Notes: generated by a model not told the origin, from the letters alone. A stretch of DNA of 54,000 bases from Candidatus Sumerlaeia bacterium (GCA_020831705.1 JAFIGB010000312.1:1-54000); one strand, 5' to 3'. Counted from the first letter of the stretch, positions 43,090-52,322 are shown. Numbers and translations: made by a program.

Positions 43090-44389
43090 TGTCGCCTCTA
43101 TTACCCTTTGGGGCCGGGAAGTGGGGGCCATTGCCTGGGATGATGGCCGGGGCACGGGAAGCTTTGAGTATACTCCCGAGTTCGCCCGGTCGGGACTGGA
43201 AATCTCCCCCCTCAAAATGCCCTTGGCGGCAGGGCGGTTCTACCAGTTTCCCGAGCTGAACCGCCAGACCTTCCATGGTCTCCCGGGGTTGCTCGCCGAT
43301 GCCCTCCCCGACAGGTTCGGCAACCTCCTCATCGACCAATGGCTTTCCCGGCAGGGAAGAACCGCCCGGGAGTTTTCCCCCGTCGAGCGTCTTTGCTACA
43401 TGGGGTCCCGTTCCATGGGTGCCCTTGAGTTTACGCCGGCGCTGCTGAAGAAGCGGCAGGGGAACGACACCCCTCTTGAGGTGGCCGAGCTTGTCCAGCT
43501 TGCCCGGGAGATTCTCAAAACCAAGGGCCAGCTTTCCACCAGCTTCATGGAGGATCGCGAGGAGGCGCTGGAGACAATCCTGCGGGTGGGAACATCCGCC
43601 GGCGGCGCCCGCGCCAAGGCCGTCATTGCCTTCAACCCCACCACGGAGGAGGTCCGTTCCGGCCAGATAGACATCCCACCCGGTTATGAGGCGTGGCTGC
43701 TCAAGTTCGATGGCGTCGACGGCGACCACCTTGCAACCCCCGCCGGATATGGACGGATTGAGTACGCCTACCACCGCATGGCACGGGCGGCTGGAATCAC
43801 CATGGAGGATTGCCGTCTGCTCCCCGACCGCGGAGGACGGAGCCACTTCATGACACGGCGTTTCGACCGTCTTCCCGGAAACAGGAAGCTCCACATGGCC
43901 TCCCTTTCCGGTCTTGCCCATTACGACTTCAACCAGCCCGGAGCCCATGGTTACGAGGATGCCTTTGCCGTCATGCGCGAACTGGGCCTCGGCTACGATG
44001 CCGCCGATGAAATGTTCCGCCGCATGGTCTTCAACATCCTTGCCCGCAATCAGGACGACCACCCCCGCAATATCTCCTTCCTCATGGATGAGGCGGGGCG
44101 GTGGAGCCTCGCACCCGGTTACGACATCACATGGAGCTACAACCCGCGGGGGGATTGGACGTCCCTTCATCAGATGACGGCCAACGGCAAGCGCGACGGG
44201 TTTACCCGCGAGGATCTCCTTGCGGTTGCCGAAAATGCCGGGGTGAAAAAGCCAATGGACATCATCCACCAGGTCGTAAGTGCCGTGGCTGACTGGGAGG
44301 AATTTGCCGAGGCCGCAAGCGTCCCCACCGCCATGATCCGCTCCATCAGTGAAAGCCACCGCCTCGACCTTGCACCAAGAGCTTTATAG
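43064..44389 (+). CDS. hipA: HipA-family serine/threonine kinase toxin
   Basis: ATG 43064 (MAKKYRKVDVASITLWGREVGAIAWD = HipA N-terminal coupling domain). SHFMTRRFDR, then NQDDHPRNISFLM (HipA_C catalytic motif). 26-nt overlap with hipB. The ORF-track start 42869 is rejected. Confidence 0.85.
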   Translation: MAKKYRKVDVASITLWGREVGAIAWDDGRGTGSFEYTPEFARSGLEISPLKMPLAAGRFYQFPELNRQTFHGLPGLLADALPDRFGNLLIDQWLSRQGRTAREFSPVERLCYMGSRSMGALEFTPALLKKRQGNDTPLEVAELVQLAREILKTKGQLSTSFMEDREEALETILRVGTSAGGARAKAVIAFNPTTEEVRSGQIDIPPGYEAWLLKFDGVDGDHLATPAGYGRIEYAYHRMARAAGITMEDCRLLPDRGGRSHFMTRRFDRLPGNRKLHMASLSGLAHYDFNQPGAHGYEDAFAVMRELGLGYDAADEMFRRMVFNILARNQDDHPRNISFLMDEAGRWSLAPGYDITWSYNPRGDWTSLHQMTANGKRDGFTREDLLAVAENAGVKKPMDIIHQVVSAVADWEEFAEAASVPTAMIRSISESHRLDLAPRAL

Positions 44390-44526
44390 ACAACGCCCCG
44401 TCGAAGCAATTGCAGCAGGACACCCAATGGCCATCTCACTCGATCTTGGCAACCGAATCATCAATACCTGGAAAAGGGGCGACTCGATCCGCAAGGGAAT
44501 CGCCGAGCGCCACGACAACATCCGCG

Positions 44527-46479
44527 TCAGCGACGAAGAGTACCACCATGCGTTTCCGCCTCGAGGTAAAAGGATTCGAGCGGCCTATATCCCAGTTCTT
44601 CCATCAATTCATCCCAGTTATCGGGCAGGTCGATCCTGATCGTGACATTCCCGCCGCCGGGCATGGTTTGAACCTTGTTTCGGTCGGGATCGCCGGCGAT
44701 GAGGATGGGGGTCATTCCTCGTCTCATCACAGGAACAGTGTGGATTTTTTCCGCGCCGGGGAGGTTGGGAAACCAGGGGGGTGCCTCGGTGAGTGCTCCG
44801 CTCTCCTGGCGCATAATGCGCTGGTAATGCTGTTCGAAGGAGTGTCTGGAGGGGTCGTGGGCGCTGCCGGGGCTGGCCCAGTAGTTCGCGAATGCCCGTT
44901 CGTAAACTGGCCGACGAGCGGTGTCCATCAGGGCGTTTTCGAGGCTTTCCTTGGATGTATAGACACGGGCCAGATCCTGCGCTATGTGTTCGGTGATCAT
45001 AATGGTGCGATAGGTGAAGGGCATTCCGCTGCCGACGCCGAACTGACTTTTTTCCACCACATCCCAGGCGAACAGGTTCTTGACATCTTCCGCGTCCGGC
45101 GTTGCGGGCGTCAGGTTGTTCCCCCACATCAGCGCCGTTGCGCCGGTCACGGTGCTGTCATTCAGATCATGTCCCCTCTGGACATGGAAGGGCATCCAGC
45201 CGATCCGGAGACACGCCTCCTCGTCCTCAGCCATGGTCCAGGACATTGGATAGCCGAAGCTCCCCATGCGGTCCTGTTTGACGTAGTATCCAGCAAGGTT
45301 CATGACGGCTAGATTGATATATCTTCCGAGAGCAGCATTGCGTGGCCCGGAAACCATCCCCGATTGGGCATCAAAACCGAGTTGCCGGGCGACGGGACCG
45401 TTCACCCAGGCGTAGGGAATCCATCCGTGGGTGCTGCCGAGACTTCGCCGGTGGCTCGGATCCGCGAGAACCTTTGTATAGGCGACGAGTAACGGCATGA
45501 ATTCGGGAGGGCATCCCGCCATGACGCCGTTCGCCGCAACATGCCAGGCGAGGGTTTCCCGATGGGCGATGGGGAGCACGCCCACCGAGTCGTCCCACGC
45601 GAGGTCCGTATAGCGGAGGAACTCCTCGATCCTCTGCTGCGTCGGTGGAATAATCGGCAAACCGTCAGACCAGCGCATCTCCGCAAAATGGCGGTTCACC
45701 TCGTTTAGGTTCCCCGTATATACAACTCCCCGGACGTCATCGACGACGGCCTTGCGGTGCTCGGCAATCTCCTCCTCCGTGATCGGCCTGGTCAGGGCAT
45801 CCACAATCTGTGGCCAGAGAACCTCCCGGGTGTTTCGGAGCAGTTCCTCTCGCGAATGAGCCGCGAACGGCCCCGGATAAGTCGCCGTCCGGGGCACGGG
45901 AATGCCATTGTTTACCCCTGTCGAATGAACCTGATCGACAAAACCCGGACCAGCAATCGTAACGGCAGGTATAGCAATATACTCCGCCGCAATGCTGGAG
46001 CCAGCCTCCTTGGGAGTACAAAGACCGCAGCCCCCGTTTCCGGAAATCACCGCATCGACCCCCATTTCACGCAGGTTCCTTTGGAAATCGTCCTTCGAGC
46101 GCCGGGAAATGCCTGGACCGGGATAGGCGCCGGCGGAACCGATTTCATTCAGCAAAATCACCTTCGCCGTCGGGTAATTCGTCAGGATCAACCTTCTGAT
46201 TTCGGGATGGGTCACGCGCGCCATAAAGCTGCCGCCCACAACAGCGACCGTCTTCCCTTCCAGGCTCTCCAATCGCGGCGCCTGCTCGATCATGGTAACA
46301 ACCTGCCTGCCCACCGGCGCCACCACGGCGTACTTGCCAGCTTCGATCTCCACCGTGCCCTCCTCCCCGGCCATTTCCACGGGACAAAGTTCACACTCCT
46401 CCGCGACCATCGAATATCCGCTCCCCCCAAGGTTCAGCAACAGGGCGAGGGCCATCATAACAGGCAACTTTGCGATCAT
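44527..46479 (-). CDS. Secreted two-domain hypothetical protein; N-terminal domain carries a GGCGLCT (Cys form of a UGSC-like redox motif)
   Basis: ATG 46479 with a GGAGA SD gives MIAKLPVMMALALLLNLGG. GKTVAVVGGSF...VDAVISGNGGCGLCTPKEAGSSIAAEYIAIPAVTIAG recalls UGSC/GrdB-like selenoprotein-type domains. The C-terminal half (LPIIPPTQQRIEEFL...VAANGVMAGCPPEFMPLL) is not recognised. Confidence 0.6.
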   Translation of the reverse strand: MIAKLPVMMALALLLNLGGSGYSMVAEECELCPVEMAGEEGTVEIEAGKYAVVAPVGRQVVTMIEQAPRLESLEGKTVAVVGGSFMARVTHPEIRRLILTNYPTAKVILLNEIGSAGAYPGPGISRRSKDDFQRNLREMGVDAVISGNGGCGLCTPKEAGSSIAAEYIAIPAVTIAGPGFVDQVHSTGVNNGIPVPRTATYPGPFAAHSREELLRNTREVLWPQIVDALTRPITEEEIAEHRKAVVDDVRGVVYTGNLNEVNRHFAEMRWSDGLPIIPPTQQRIEEFLRYTDLAWDDSVGVLPIAHRETLAWHVAANGVMAGCPPEFMPLLVAYTKVLADPSHRRSLGSTHGWIPYAWVNGPVARQLGFDAQSGMVSGPRNAALGRYINLAVMNLAGYYVKQDRMGSFGYPMSWTMAEDEEACLRIGWMPFHVQRGHDLNDSTVTGATALMWGNNLTPATPDAEDVKNLFAWDVVEKSQFGVGSGMPFTYRTIMITEHIAQDLARVYTSKESLENALMDTARRPVYERAFANYWASPGSAHDPSRHSFEQHYQRIMRQESGALTEAPPWFPNLPGAEKIHTVPVMRRGMTPILIAGDPDRNKVQTMPGGGNVTIRIDLPDNWDELMEELGYRPLESFYLEAETHGGTLRR

Positions 46480-46759
46480 CTCGTTCTCCGTTTTACTACA
46501 CGTGTGTACAACCGGCTTCCTCCCCTGCAGTCTATATGCCACAAGGAGACTTCAGCGACAGAGGACATCCGAAAGCACATCCAAAAACGCAAAATCCCCA
46601 GTGAAATTGCGGGTTGTTGAACCATTCAAATCCTGCTCGAACCCGACGAAGGAGCACGATAACCGCACCTTTGCTTCCGCTTCCTTGTTCGCATTGGTAC
46701 AATGCCTTGCGAACCAATTGAGGGTTATCACCCCCAAGAAGTCGCGCCATGGGTGGCGT

Positions 46760-46790
46760 AAAAAAACCCGCCCGGAAAACCGGGCGGGCG
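46760..46790 (-). terminator. Rho-independent terminator of acs
   Basis: Stem CCCGCCCGG (46767-46775) / CCGGGCGGG (46780-46788) with a 4-nt loop and a T7 run on the minus strand. Confidence 0.85.
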
Positions 46791-46822
46791 GATGAGGTAT
46801 TGAGGGTGCTTCTGGCGGCGGA

Positions 46823-48796
46823 TCAGTCGCCGTATTTTTCCTCGTAGGTTTCCCGCAGGTTCGCGACCACATTGGCATCAGCCAGCGTGGTGGTGTCGCC
46901 CAGGGCGCGTCCTTCGGCGATGTCGCGGAGGAGGCGGCGCATGATCTTGCCGGAGCGCGTCTTGGGCAGGTCGGCGGTGAAGAAGATGTCCTCGGGCCGG
47001 GCAATGGGGCCGATGATCTTCACGACGTGCGCCTTGAGTTCCTCGCGCAGTTCCGGGCTCGGTTCGAAGCGTGACTTGAGGGAAACGAAGGCCACGACGG
47101 CCTGGCCCTTGATTTCGTGGGCCTTGCCAATGACGGCGGCCTCGGCGGTGGCGGGGTGGTCGACCAGGGCCGATTCCACCTCCATGGTGCCGATGCGGTG
47201 ACCCGAGACGTTGAGAACGTCGTCGACGCGGCCAAGGATCATGATGTCGCCGTCCTTGTCGATCTTCGCACCGTCGCCGGGGAAGTAATACTTGCCGCCC
47301 CACTTGCTGAAGTAGGTCTCCACGAACCGATCATCATCGCCGTAGATGGTGCGCAACATGCCCGGCCATGGCTTGCGGATGGCAAGGTAGCCCGAGCCTT
47401 CCTTGATTTCCTCGCCATTTTCGTCCACCACGGCGGCGTCTATACCGGGGAAGGCGGGACCGGCGCTGCCGGGCTTCATCTTCGTCAGGCCGGGAAGGCC
47501 GGTGATCATGTGGCCACCTGTTTCCGTCTGCCACCAGGTATCCACAATCGGGCATTTACCACCGCCGATGATTTCGGAGTACCAGATCCACGCTTCGGGG
47601 TTGATCGGCTCGCCGACGGAACCCAGAAGGCGAAGGGACGACAGGTTGTGCTTTTGCGGAAGGGTGCGGCCCCACTTCATGAAGGCGCGGATCGCCGTGG
47701 GCGCTGTATAGAACACGGTGACATTGTGGTCGGCGACCATCTTCCAGAAGCGGTCCTTGTCGGGGAAGTCCGGCGCGCCCTCGTACATGAGGCAGGTGGC
47801 GCCAAGCTGGAGGGGACCGTAGACGATATAGCTGTGTCCGGTGACCCAGCCCACGTCCGCCGTGCACCAATAGACATCGTTGTCCTTCAGGTCGAAGGTG
47901 TACTTCGAGGTCACATACGTCTGCACCGCGTAACCGCCCGTTGTGTGGACGATGCCCTTGGGCTTGCCGGTGGTTCCCGATGTATAGAGGATATACAGCA
48001 TGTCCTCGGCGTCGAGTTCCTCGGGGGGGCACTCGGGGGCGGCATCAGCCATCATGCGGTGGTACCAGTGGTCGCGGCCCTCCTGGATGTGGCAGGGGAA
48101 CGGCTCGCCAAGGGGACGCTTCACGATGACGACATTTTCAATGGAGGGGCACTTTTCCAGGGCGATATCCGCATCGTGCTTGAGCGAGACGACCTTGCCG
48201 CGCCGCCAGCCGCCGTCAGCGGTGATGAGCAGCTTGCATTGCGAGTCGTTGATGCGGTCCGCCAGCGAATCGGGGCTGAAACCGCCAAAGACGATGCTGT
48301 GAACGGCGCCGATGCGGGCGCAGGCGAGCATGGCCACGGCGGCCTCGGGAATCATCGGCATATAGATGGCAACACGGTCACCCTTGCCCACGCCAAGGTG
48401 CTTCATGGCGTTGGAAAACTTGCAGACTTCCCGGTGGAGCTGGAGGTAGGTATACGTCCGCCGATCCCCCGGTTCCCCTTCCCAGATCAATGCGGCCTTG
48501 TTGCGGCGGGCCGACTTGAGATGAACGTCGAGGCAGTTGTAGCTCAGGTTCATCTTCCCGTCCACGAACCACTTCACATGGGGGAAATCGCCTTCGCGGA
48601 CCTTTGTCCAGGGGGAAAACCAATGAAGGTTTCTTGCTTCCTCGGCCCAGAACGTCTCCGGTGCCTTCGCGGCATGATCATAAATAATCGGGTCATTTGC
48701 ATTCGCCTGGGCGGCAAAATCCGCGGGGGGAGGAAAGACGCGCTCCTCGTGGAGAAGGTCGTCCATCACGGTTTGTGGGTCGGGTGTCATTCTCAT
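46823..48796 (-). CDS. acs: Acetyl-CoA synthetase
   Basis: [14 protein letters not shown]-binding motif and full-length similarity in character to Acs (WWQTETGG, ..[16 protein letters not shown]). The second ATG (48790) has better SD spacing and may be the real start. Confidence 0.95.
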   Translation of the reverse strand: MRMTPDPQTVMDDLLHEERVFPPPADFAAQANANDPIIYDHAAKAPETFWAEEARNLHWFSPWTKVREGDFPHVKWFVDGKMNLSYNCLDVHLKSARRNKAALIWEGEPGDRRTYTYLQLHREVCKFSNAMKHLGVGKGDRVAIYMPMIPEAAVAMLACARIGAVHSIVFGGFSPDSLADRINDSQCKLLITADGGWRRGKVVSLKHDADIALEKCPSIENVVIVKRPLGEPFPCHIQEGRDHWYHRMMADAAPECPPEELDAEDMLYILYTSGTTGKPKGIVHTTGGYAVQTYVTSKYTFDLKDNDVYWCTADVGWVTGHSYIVYGPLQLGATCLMYEGAPDFPDKDRFWKMVADHNVTVFYTAPTAIRAFMKWGRTLPQKHNLSSLRLLGSVGEPINPEAWIWYSEIIGGGKCPIVDTWWQTETGGHMITGLPGLTKMKPGSAGPAFPGIDAAVVDENGEEIKEGSGYLAIRKPWPGMLRTIYGDDDRFVETYFSKWGGKYYFPGDGAKIDKDGDIMILGRVDDVLNVSGHRIGTMEVESALVDHPATAEAAVIGKAHEIKGQAVVAFVSLKSRFEPSPELREELKAHVVKIIGPIARPEDIFFTADLPKTRSGKIMRRLLRDIAEGRALGDTTTLADANVVANLRETYEEKYGD

Positions 48797-48884
48797 CCTC
48801 TCTGTTTCTGGAAATAAACCACTTTCTCAGTTGGAGCAGTCCACCAGAACCGGCGGGGGGATGTCAAGCACCGGGGCGGGGGAA

Positions 48885-48905
48885 GTGATCAATGAATTTG
48901 ATCAC
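48885..48905. promoter_or_regulatory. Perfect 8-5-8 palindrome GTGATCAA-TGAAT-TTGATCAC upstream of acs (candidate operator)
   Basis: Read directly from the sequence. It lies about 90 nt upstream of the acs start, between the valS terminator and a TTGACA hexamer (minus strand, about 48864-48869). Confidence 0.4.
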
Positions 48906-48910
48906 CCCAC

Positions 48911-48957
48911 AAACGAAAACGGAGGCCCGGCCATCCATCAGGATGCGCCGGACCTCC
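48911..48957 (-). terminator. Terminator of valS
   Basis: 11-bp stem with one mismatch (48921-48931 / 48947-48957), followed on the minus strand by GTTTTCGTTTG. It lies 30 nt after the valS stop. Confidence 0.6.
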
Positions 48958-48987
48958 CAAGGGCCGGACCGTTGGGTCCCGAGCAAG

Positions 48988-51852
48988 TTAACCCCGCAAT
49001 TCCACCAGTCGGGCCTTGATCGCTTCCATGTCGGCCTCGTATTTCGCCAGCTTTTCCCGCTCCTGGACCACGACGGCCTCCGGGGCGTTGGCGACGAACT
49101 TCTCGTTGGCCAGCTTCCCGCGCGTCCCCTGGACACCCTTCTCCAGCTTGCCGAGTTCCTTCTCCAGACGGCTGACCTCCGCCTCGCGAAGCTCCCCAGG
49201 GAGGGGCACCTGCACCACCAGATCGCCCTTCACCGCCTTGCTCGCGAAGGGAAGAACGCCCGGTGCCGCCACCACCGTCATTTCCTTCACGGAAGCAAGG
49301 GCGCGGATCTGCATGGCCGCCTCCTCCAACAGGGCGCGGATCGCTCCATCGGGGTGGCTGAACTCCACGTCCACCTTCATTTCCACGGGGACCGTCATCT
49401 CGCCGCGGATGTTGCGCACCATGTATAGCGCCTCCTGGAGGAGGTCAATGCCGTCGCAGGCCGCGGCGTCTGTATAGACACGGCCCTTTGGCCACGGGGC
49501 AACGCACAGGGAAGGCGCCTCGAAGTTGTCGACGAAGGGGAGCGCCCCGGGCCGCAATGTGGCGGGTTCGACGGGCACGCCCGTCTCCACACCGGCAAGC
49601 CTGGCGCGAAGCAACTGCCAGATTTCCTCGGTGGCGTGGGGAATGACCGGATGAAGCATCCGAAGAACGTGCTCCAGGACGGTGAGGAGCACTACCTTCG
49701 CCGCACGGGTCGATTCGGGCGTGGTGCCCTCCTTGCCGTAAACGCGGGGCTTTGTCAGTTCCACATACCAGTCGCAGTAGTCATCCCACAGGAAGTGATA
49801 CAGCGATTGTATATACTGATCGAATGTATACTCATCCAGATGGCGCGTGGCGGTGGTGATGGCGTCGGAAAGGCGGGAAAGAATCCACCGGTCCTCGCGC
49901 TGGAGGGAGTCGGCGGAAACGCCGCCACGGAACTCCTCCGGGGTGATGTCCGCCGTTGCCGTGAGCACAAAGCGCGACGCGTTCCACAGCTTGTTGATGA
50001 AGTTGCGGTACCCGGCAATGCGATGCTTGTCTATCTCGATGGTACGCCCCTGGCCGCTGTACGCGATGAGGGCACTGCGTACCGAGTCCACGCCGAATTG
50101 GTCGAACATGTCGAGGGGGTCGATGACGTTCCCCTTCGACTTAGACATCTTCTCCCACTTGAACTCGATGCCCTTCGGGGGCGAGTCCATGTCGTCGAGA
50201 CAAAGCTCCCGGCGCTCGGTGGGGGAGATCAACTCCATGTCGCCGCCGCGCCTGCGGTAGAACGACTTGCCGAAAATCAATCCGTGGAGATAGACCGTAT
50301 GGAACGGCACCTTCTTGAGCAGCCCCTTCGACATCATGATCATCCGGGCGACCCAGAAAAACAGAATGTCGTGGCCGGTGACGAGGACCGACGTGGGGAA
50401 GAACTTGCTCATGTCGTCGGTGTCCTCCGGCCACCCCAGAACGCTGAAGGGCCAAAGTGCCGAGGAAAACCACGTGTCCAGCACGTCGGGATCCTGCTCC
50501 CAGGCATCGGGGTCCGCCGCCACCTCGGGGGGAAGACCCTCCCCATCCCAGCAGACCATTTCCGCGCGATTGTCCCGTCTATACCAAATGGGAATGCGAT
50601 GTCCCCACCAGAGCTGTCTTGATATACACCAGTCGCGGAGGTTGTCCATCCAGGCGAAGTACGTGTTTTCCTGCGCCTTGGGGATGATGCGGGTTTCGCC
50701 GTTGTGGACGGCATCCGCCGCCAGTTTCGCCAGGGGTGCGACCTTCACAAACCACTGGTCGGATATACGCGGTTCCACAATGGCCTTCGACCGGTAACCG
50801 CGTCCCACACGGTGGGGATGCTTTTCAATCTTTTCAATAAGGCCCAGCGCCTTGAGATCCTCGACAACCTTCTCCCTGGCCACATACCTGTCCAGCCCGC
50901 GGTATGCCTCCGGCGCGTTGTCATTCACCACCGCCGTGTCGGTGAAAATATTGATCAGTTCCATATTGTGGCGCTGGCCGCAGGCAAAGTCGTTCGGATC
51001 GTGGGCCGGGGTGATCTTCACCATGCCCGAACCGAACTCCTTCTTCACAAAATCATCGGCAATGATCGGAATCTTTCGCCCCGTCAGGGGAAGATCCACC
51101 GTTTGGCCCACAAGGGCTGTATAGCGCCCGTCGCCGGGATTGACCGCCACCGCCGTGTCACCAAGGAGGGTTTCCGGCCGTGTCGTTGCCACCACCGCGT
51201 ATCGGCCGCTGCCGTCGCTGAACGGGTAGCGAATGTGCCACAACTGCCCTTCCTCGTCCTCATACTCCACCTCATCATCCGCCAGCGCCGTTAGCGACAC
51301 GGGGTCCCAATTGATCATATACTTGCCGCGATAAATCAGCCCCTCGTCATACAATGTCTTGAAGGCCCTGCGGACGGCCTTGGCGCGGTCGTCGTCGAGG
51401 GTAAAGGCCTCCCGCGACCAATCACAGGAGCACCCAAGGCGCTTGATCTGGTTTGTAATGCGGGCGTGATATTCGTCCTTCCACTTCCACACCTCGCTGA
51501 CAAAGGCCTCGCGTCCCATTTCCTGACGGGTGCGACCCTCGGCGCGGAGCTTCTCCACCACCACATGCTGAGTGGCAATGCCGGCATGATCCGTCCCCGG
51601 CACCCAAAGGGTCTCATCGCCCGCCATGCGATGGTAGCGAATGAGCACATCCTGAATCGTCTGCACCAACCCGTGTCCGAGGTGGAGAACCCCGGTCACA
51701 TTGGGGGGGGGAATAACGATGGTGAAGGTGTCCCGATCGGAGGAATTGTCGGCACCAAAGAAGCCCTGTTGCTCCCAAAAGGCCCTCCATCGCTCCTCCG
51801 CCTCGACCGGCTGGAAATTCTTGGGAAGCTCGCCATCAGTTGTCATAGTCAT
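48988..51852 (-). CDS. valS: Valyl-tRNA synthetase
   Basis: PPPNVTGVLHLGH (HIGH), KMSKSKGN (KMSKS), and a C-terminal coiled-coil. 954 aa. Confidence 0.95.
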   Translation of the reverse strand: MTMTTDGELPKNFQPVEAEERWRAFWEQQGFFGADNSSDRDTFTIVIPPPNVTGVLHLGHGLVQTIQDVLIRYHRMAGDETLWVPGTDHAGIATQHVVVEKLRAEGRTRQEMGREAFVSEVWKWKDEYHARITNQIKRLGCSCDWSREAFTLDDDRAKAVRRAFKTLYDEGLIYRGKYMINWDPVSLTALADDEVEYEDEEGQLWHIRYPFSDGSGRYAVVATTRPETLLGDTAVAVNPGDGRYTALVGQTVDLPLTGRKIPIIADDFVKKEFGSGMVKITPAHDPNDFACGQRHNMELINIFTDTAVVNDNAPEAYRGLDRYVAREKVVEDLKALGLIEKIEKHPHRVGRGYRSKAIVEPRISDQWFVKVAPLAKLAADAVHNGETRIIPKAQENTYFAWMDNLRDWCISRQLWWGHRIPIWYRRDNRAEMVCWDGEGLPPEVAADPDAWEQDPDVLDTWFSSALWPFSVLGWPEDTDDMSKFFPTSVLVTGHDILFFWVARMIMMSKGLLKKVPFHTVYLHGLIFGKSFYRRRGGDMELISPTERRELCLDDMDSPPKGIEFKWEKMSKSKGNVIDPLDMFDQFGVDSVRSALIAYSGQGRTIEIDKHRIAGYRNFINKLWNASRFVLTATADITPEEFRGGVSADSLQREDRWILSRLSDAITTATRHLDEYTFDQYIQSLYHFLWDDYCDWYVELTKPRVYGKEGTTPESTRAAKVVLLTVLEHVLRMLHPVIPHATEEIWQLLRARLAGVETGVPVEPATLRPGALPFVDNFEAPSLCVAPWPKGRVYTDAAACDGIDLLQEALYMVRNIRGEMTVPVEMKVDVEFSHPDGAIRALLEEAAMQIRALASVKEMTVVAAPGVLPFASKAVKGDLVVQVPLPGELREAEVSRLEKELGKLEKGVQGTRGKLANEKFVANAPEAVVVQEREKLAKYEADMEAIKARLVELRG

Positions 51853-51894
51853 GAATCATTGTCGCTACTGGATTTACCCGGTTTGCCCGGCGGC

Positions 51895-51943
51895 AAAAAA
51901 ACCCCCGGCTGGGAAGAGGGCCGAATTCTCCCAACGAGCCGGG
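51895..51943 (-). terminator. Terminator-like hairpin + U7 tract in the valS 5' leader (orphan terminator or attenuator)
   Basis: Outer stem CCCGGCT/AGCCGGG plus inner GGG(A)/(T)CCC pairing (51902-51943), then seven T on the minus strand (51895-51901), ending 42 nt upstream of the valS ATG. No minus-strand gene lies upstream for about 1.8 kb. Confidence 0.5.
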
Positions 51944-52142
51944 CGAAGTCAAGGGAGGAGAACCGCACGGGGGGGCGTTCGACGCATTGTCTTTCATTCG
52001 CCGTTCAGAGTAAAAGCACCTCAATTACCAACGTGGAGGAGCTTGCGAGACATTGTGACCAAATGGGAAAGTCGTTGACCCACCGAACAAACCATCAACT
52101 AAATCTCCAAGAAGTACTAAACGGTTAATTGAGGACGGTAAA

Positions 52143-52322
52143 ATGTTCGATTTTCGAGAGCCCACAAAGAATCACGGAACTTTTGATGCCATCCCACAGT
52201 CAAATGAAACTGTAGCGAAACTGTTTTGGGGAGAGAAGTTTTCCGCCCTGGGATGCGCTGTTCACTCCAGTCCTTTAGTCGATTTTCTCTCGTCATTACA
52301 AGGAATGGATGCCAATGCTTAA
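52143..52322 (+). CDS. Possible small ORF (59 aa) overlapping the start of the AlbA_2 gene by 14 nt
   Basis: Below the ORF-track length cutoff. I translated it by hand: MFDFREPTKNHGTFDAIPQSNETVAKLFWGEKFSALGCAVHSSPLVDFLSSLQGMDANA. GAGGA lies 9 nt upstream of the ATG. No family recognised, so it could be spurious. Confidence 0.25.
   Translation: MFDFREPTKNHGTFDAIPQSNETVAKLFWGEKFSALGCAVHSSPLVDFLSSLQGMDANA

Noticed and set aside
46635-46644. GGGTTCGAGC (minus strand), resembling a tRNA T-loop.
   Set aside because: No complementary T-stem, acceptor stem or anticodon arm could be drawn around it.
52073-52084. GGTGGGTCAACG (minus strand) in the valS upstream region, vaguely like the T-box GGUGGUACCGCG core.
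   Set aside because: It lies about 150 nt upstream of the terminator-like hairpin instead of overlapping its 5' arm, and no specifier-loop architecture is evident. A T-box is therefore not claimed.
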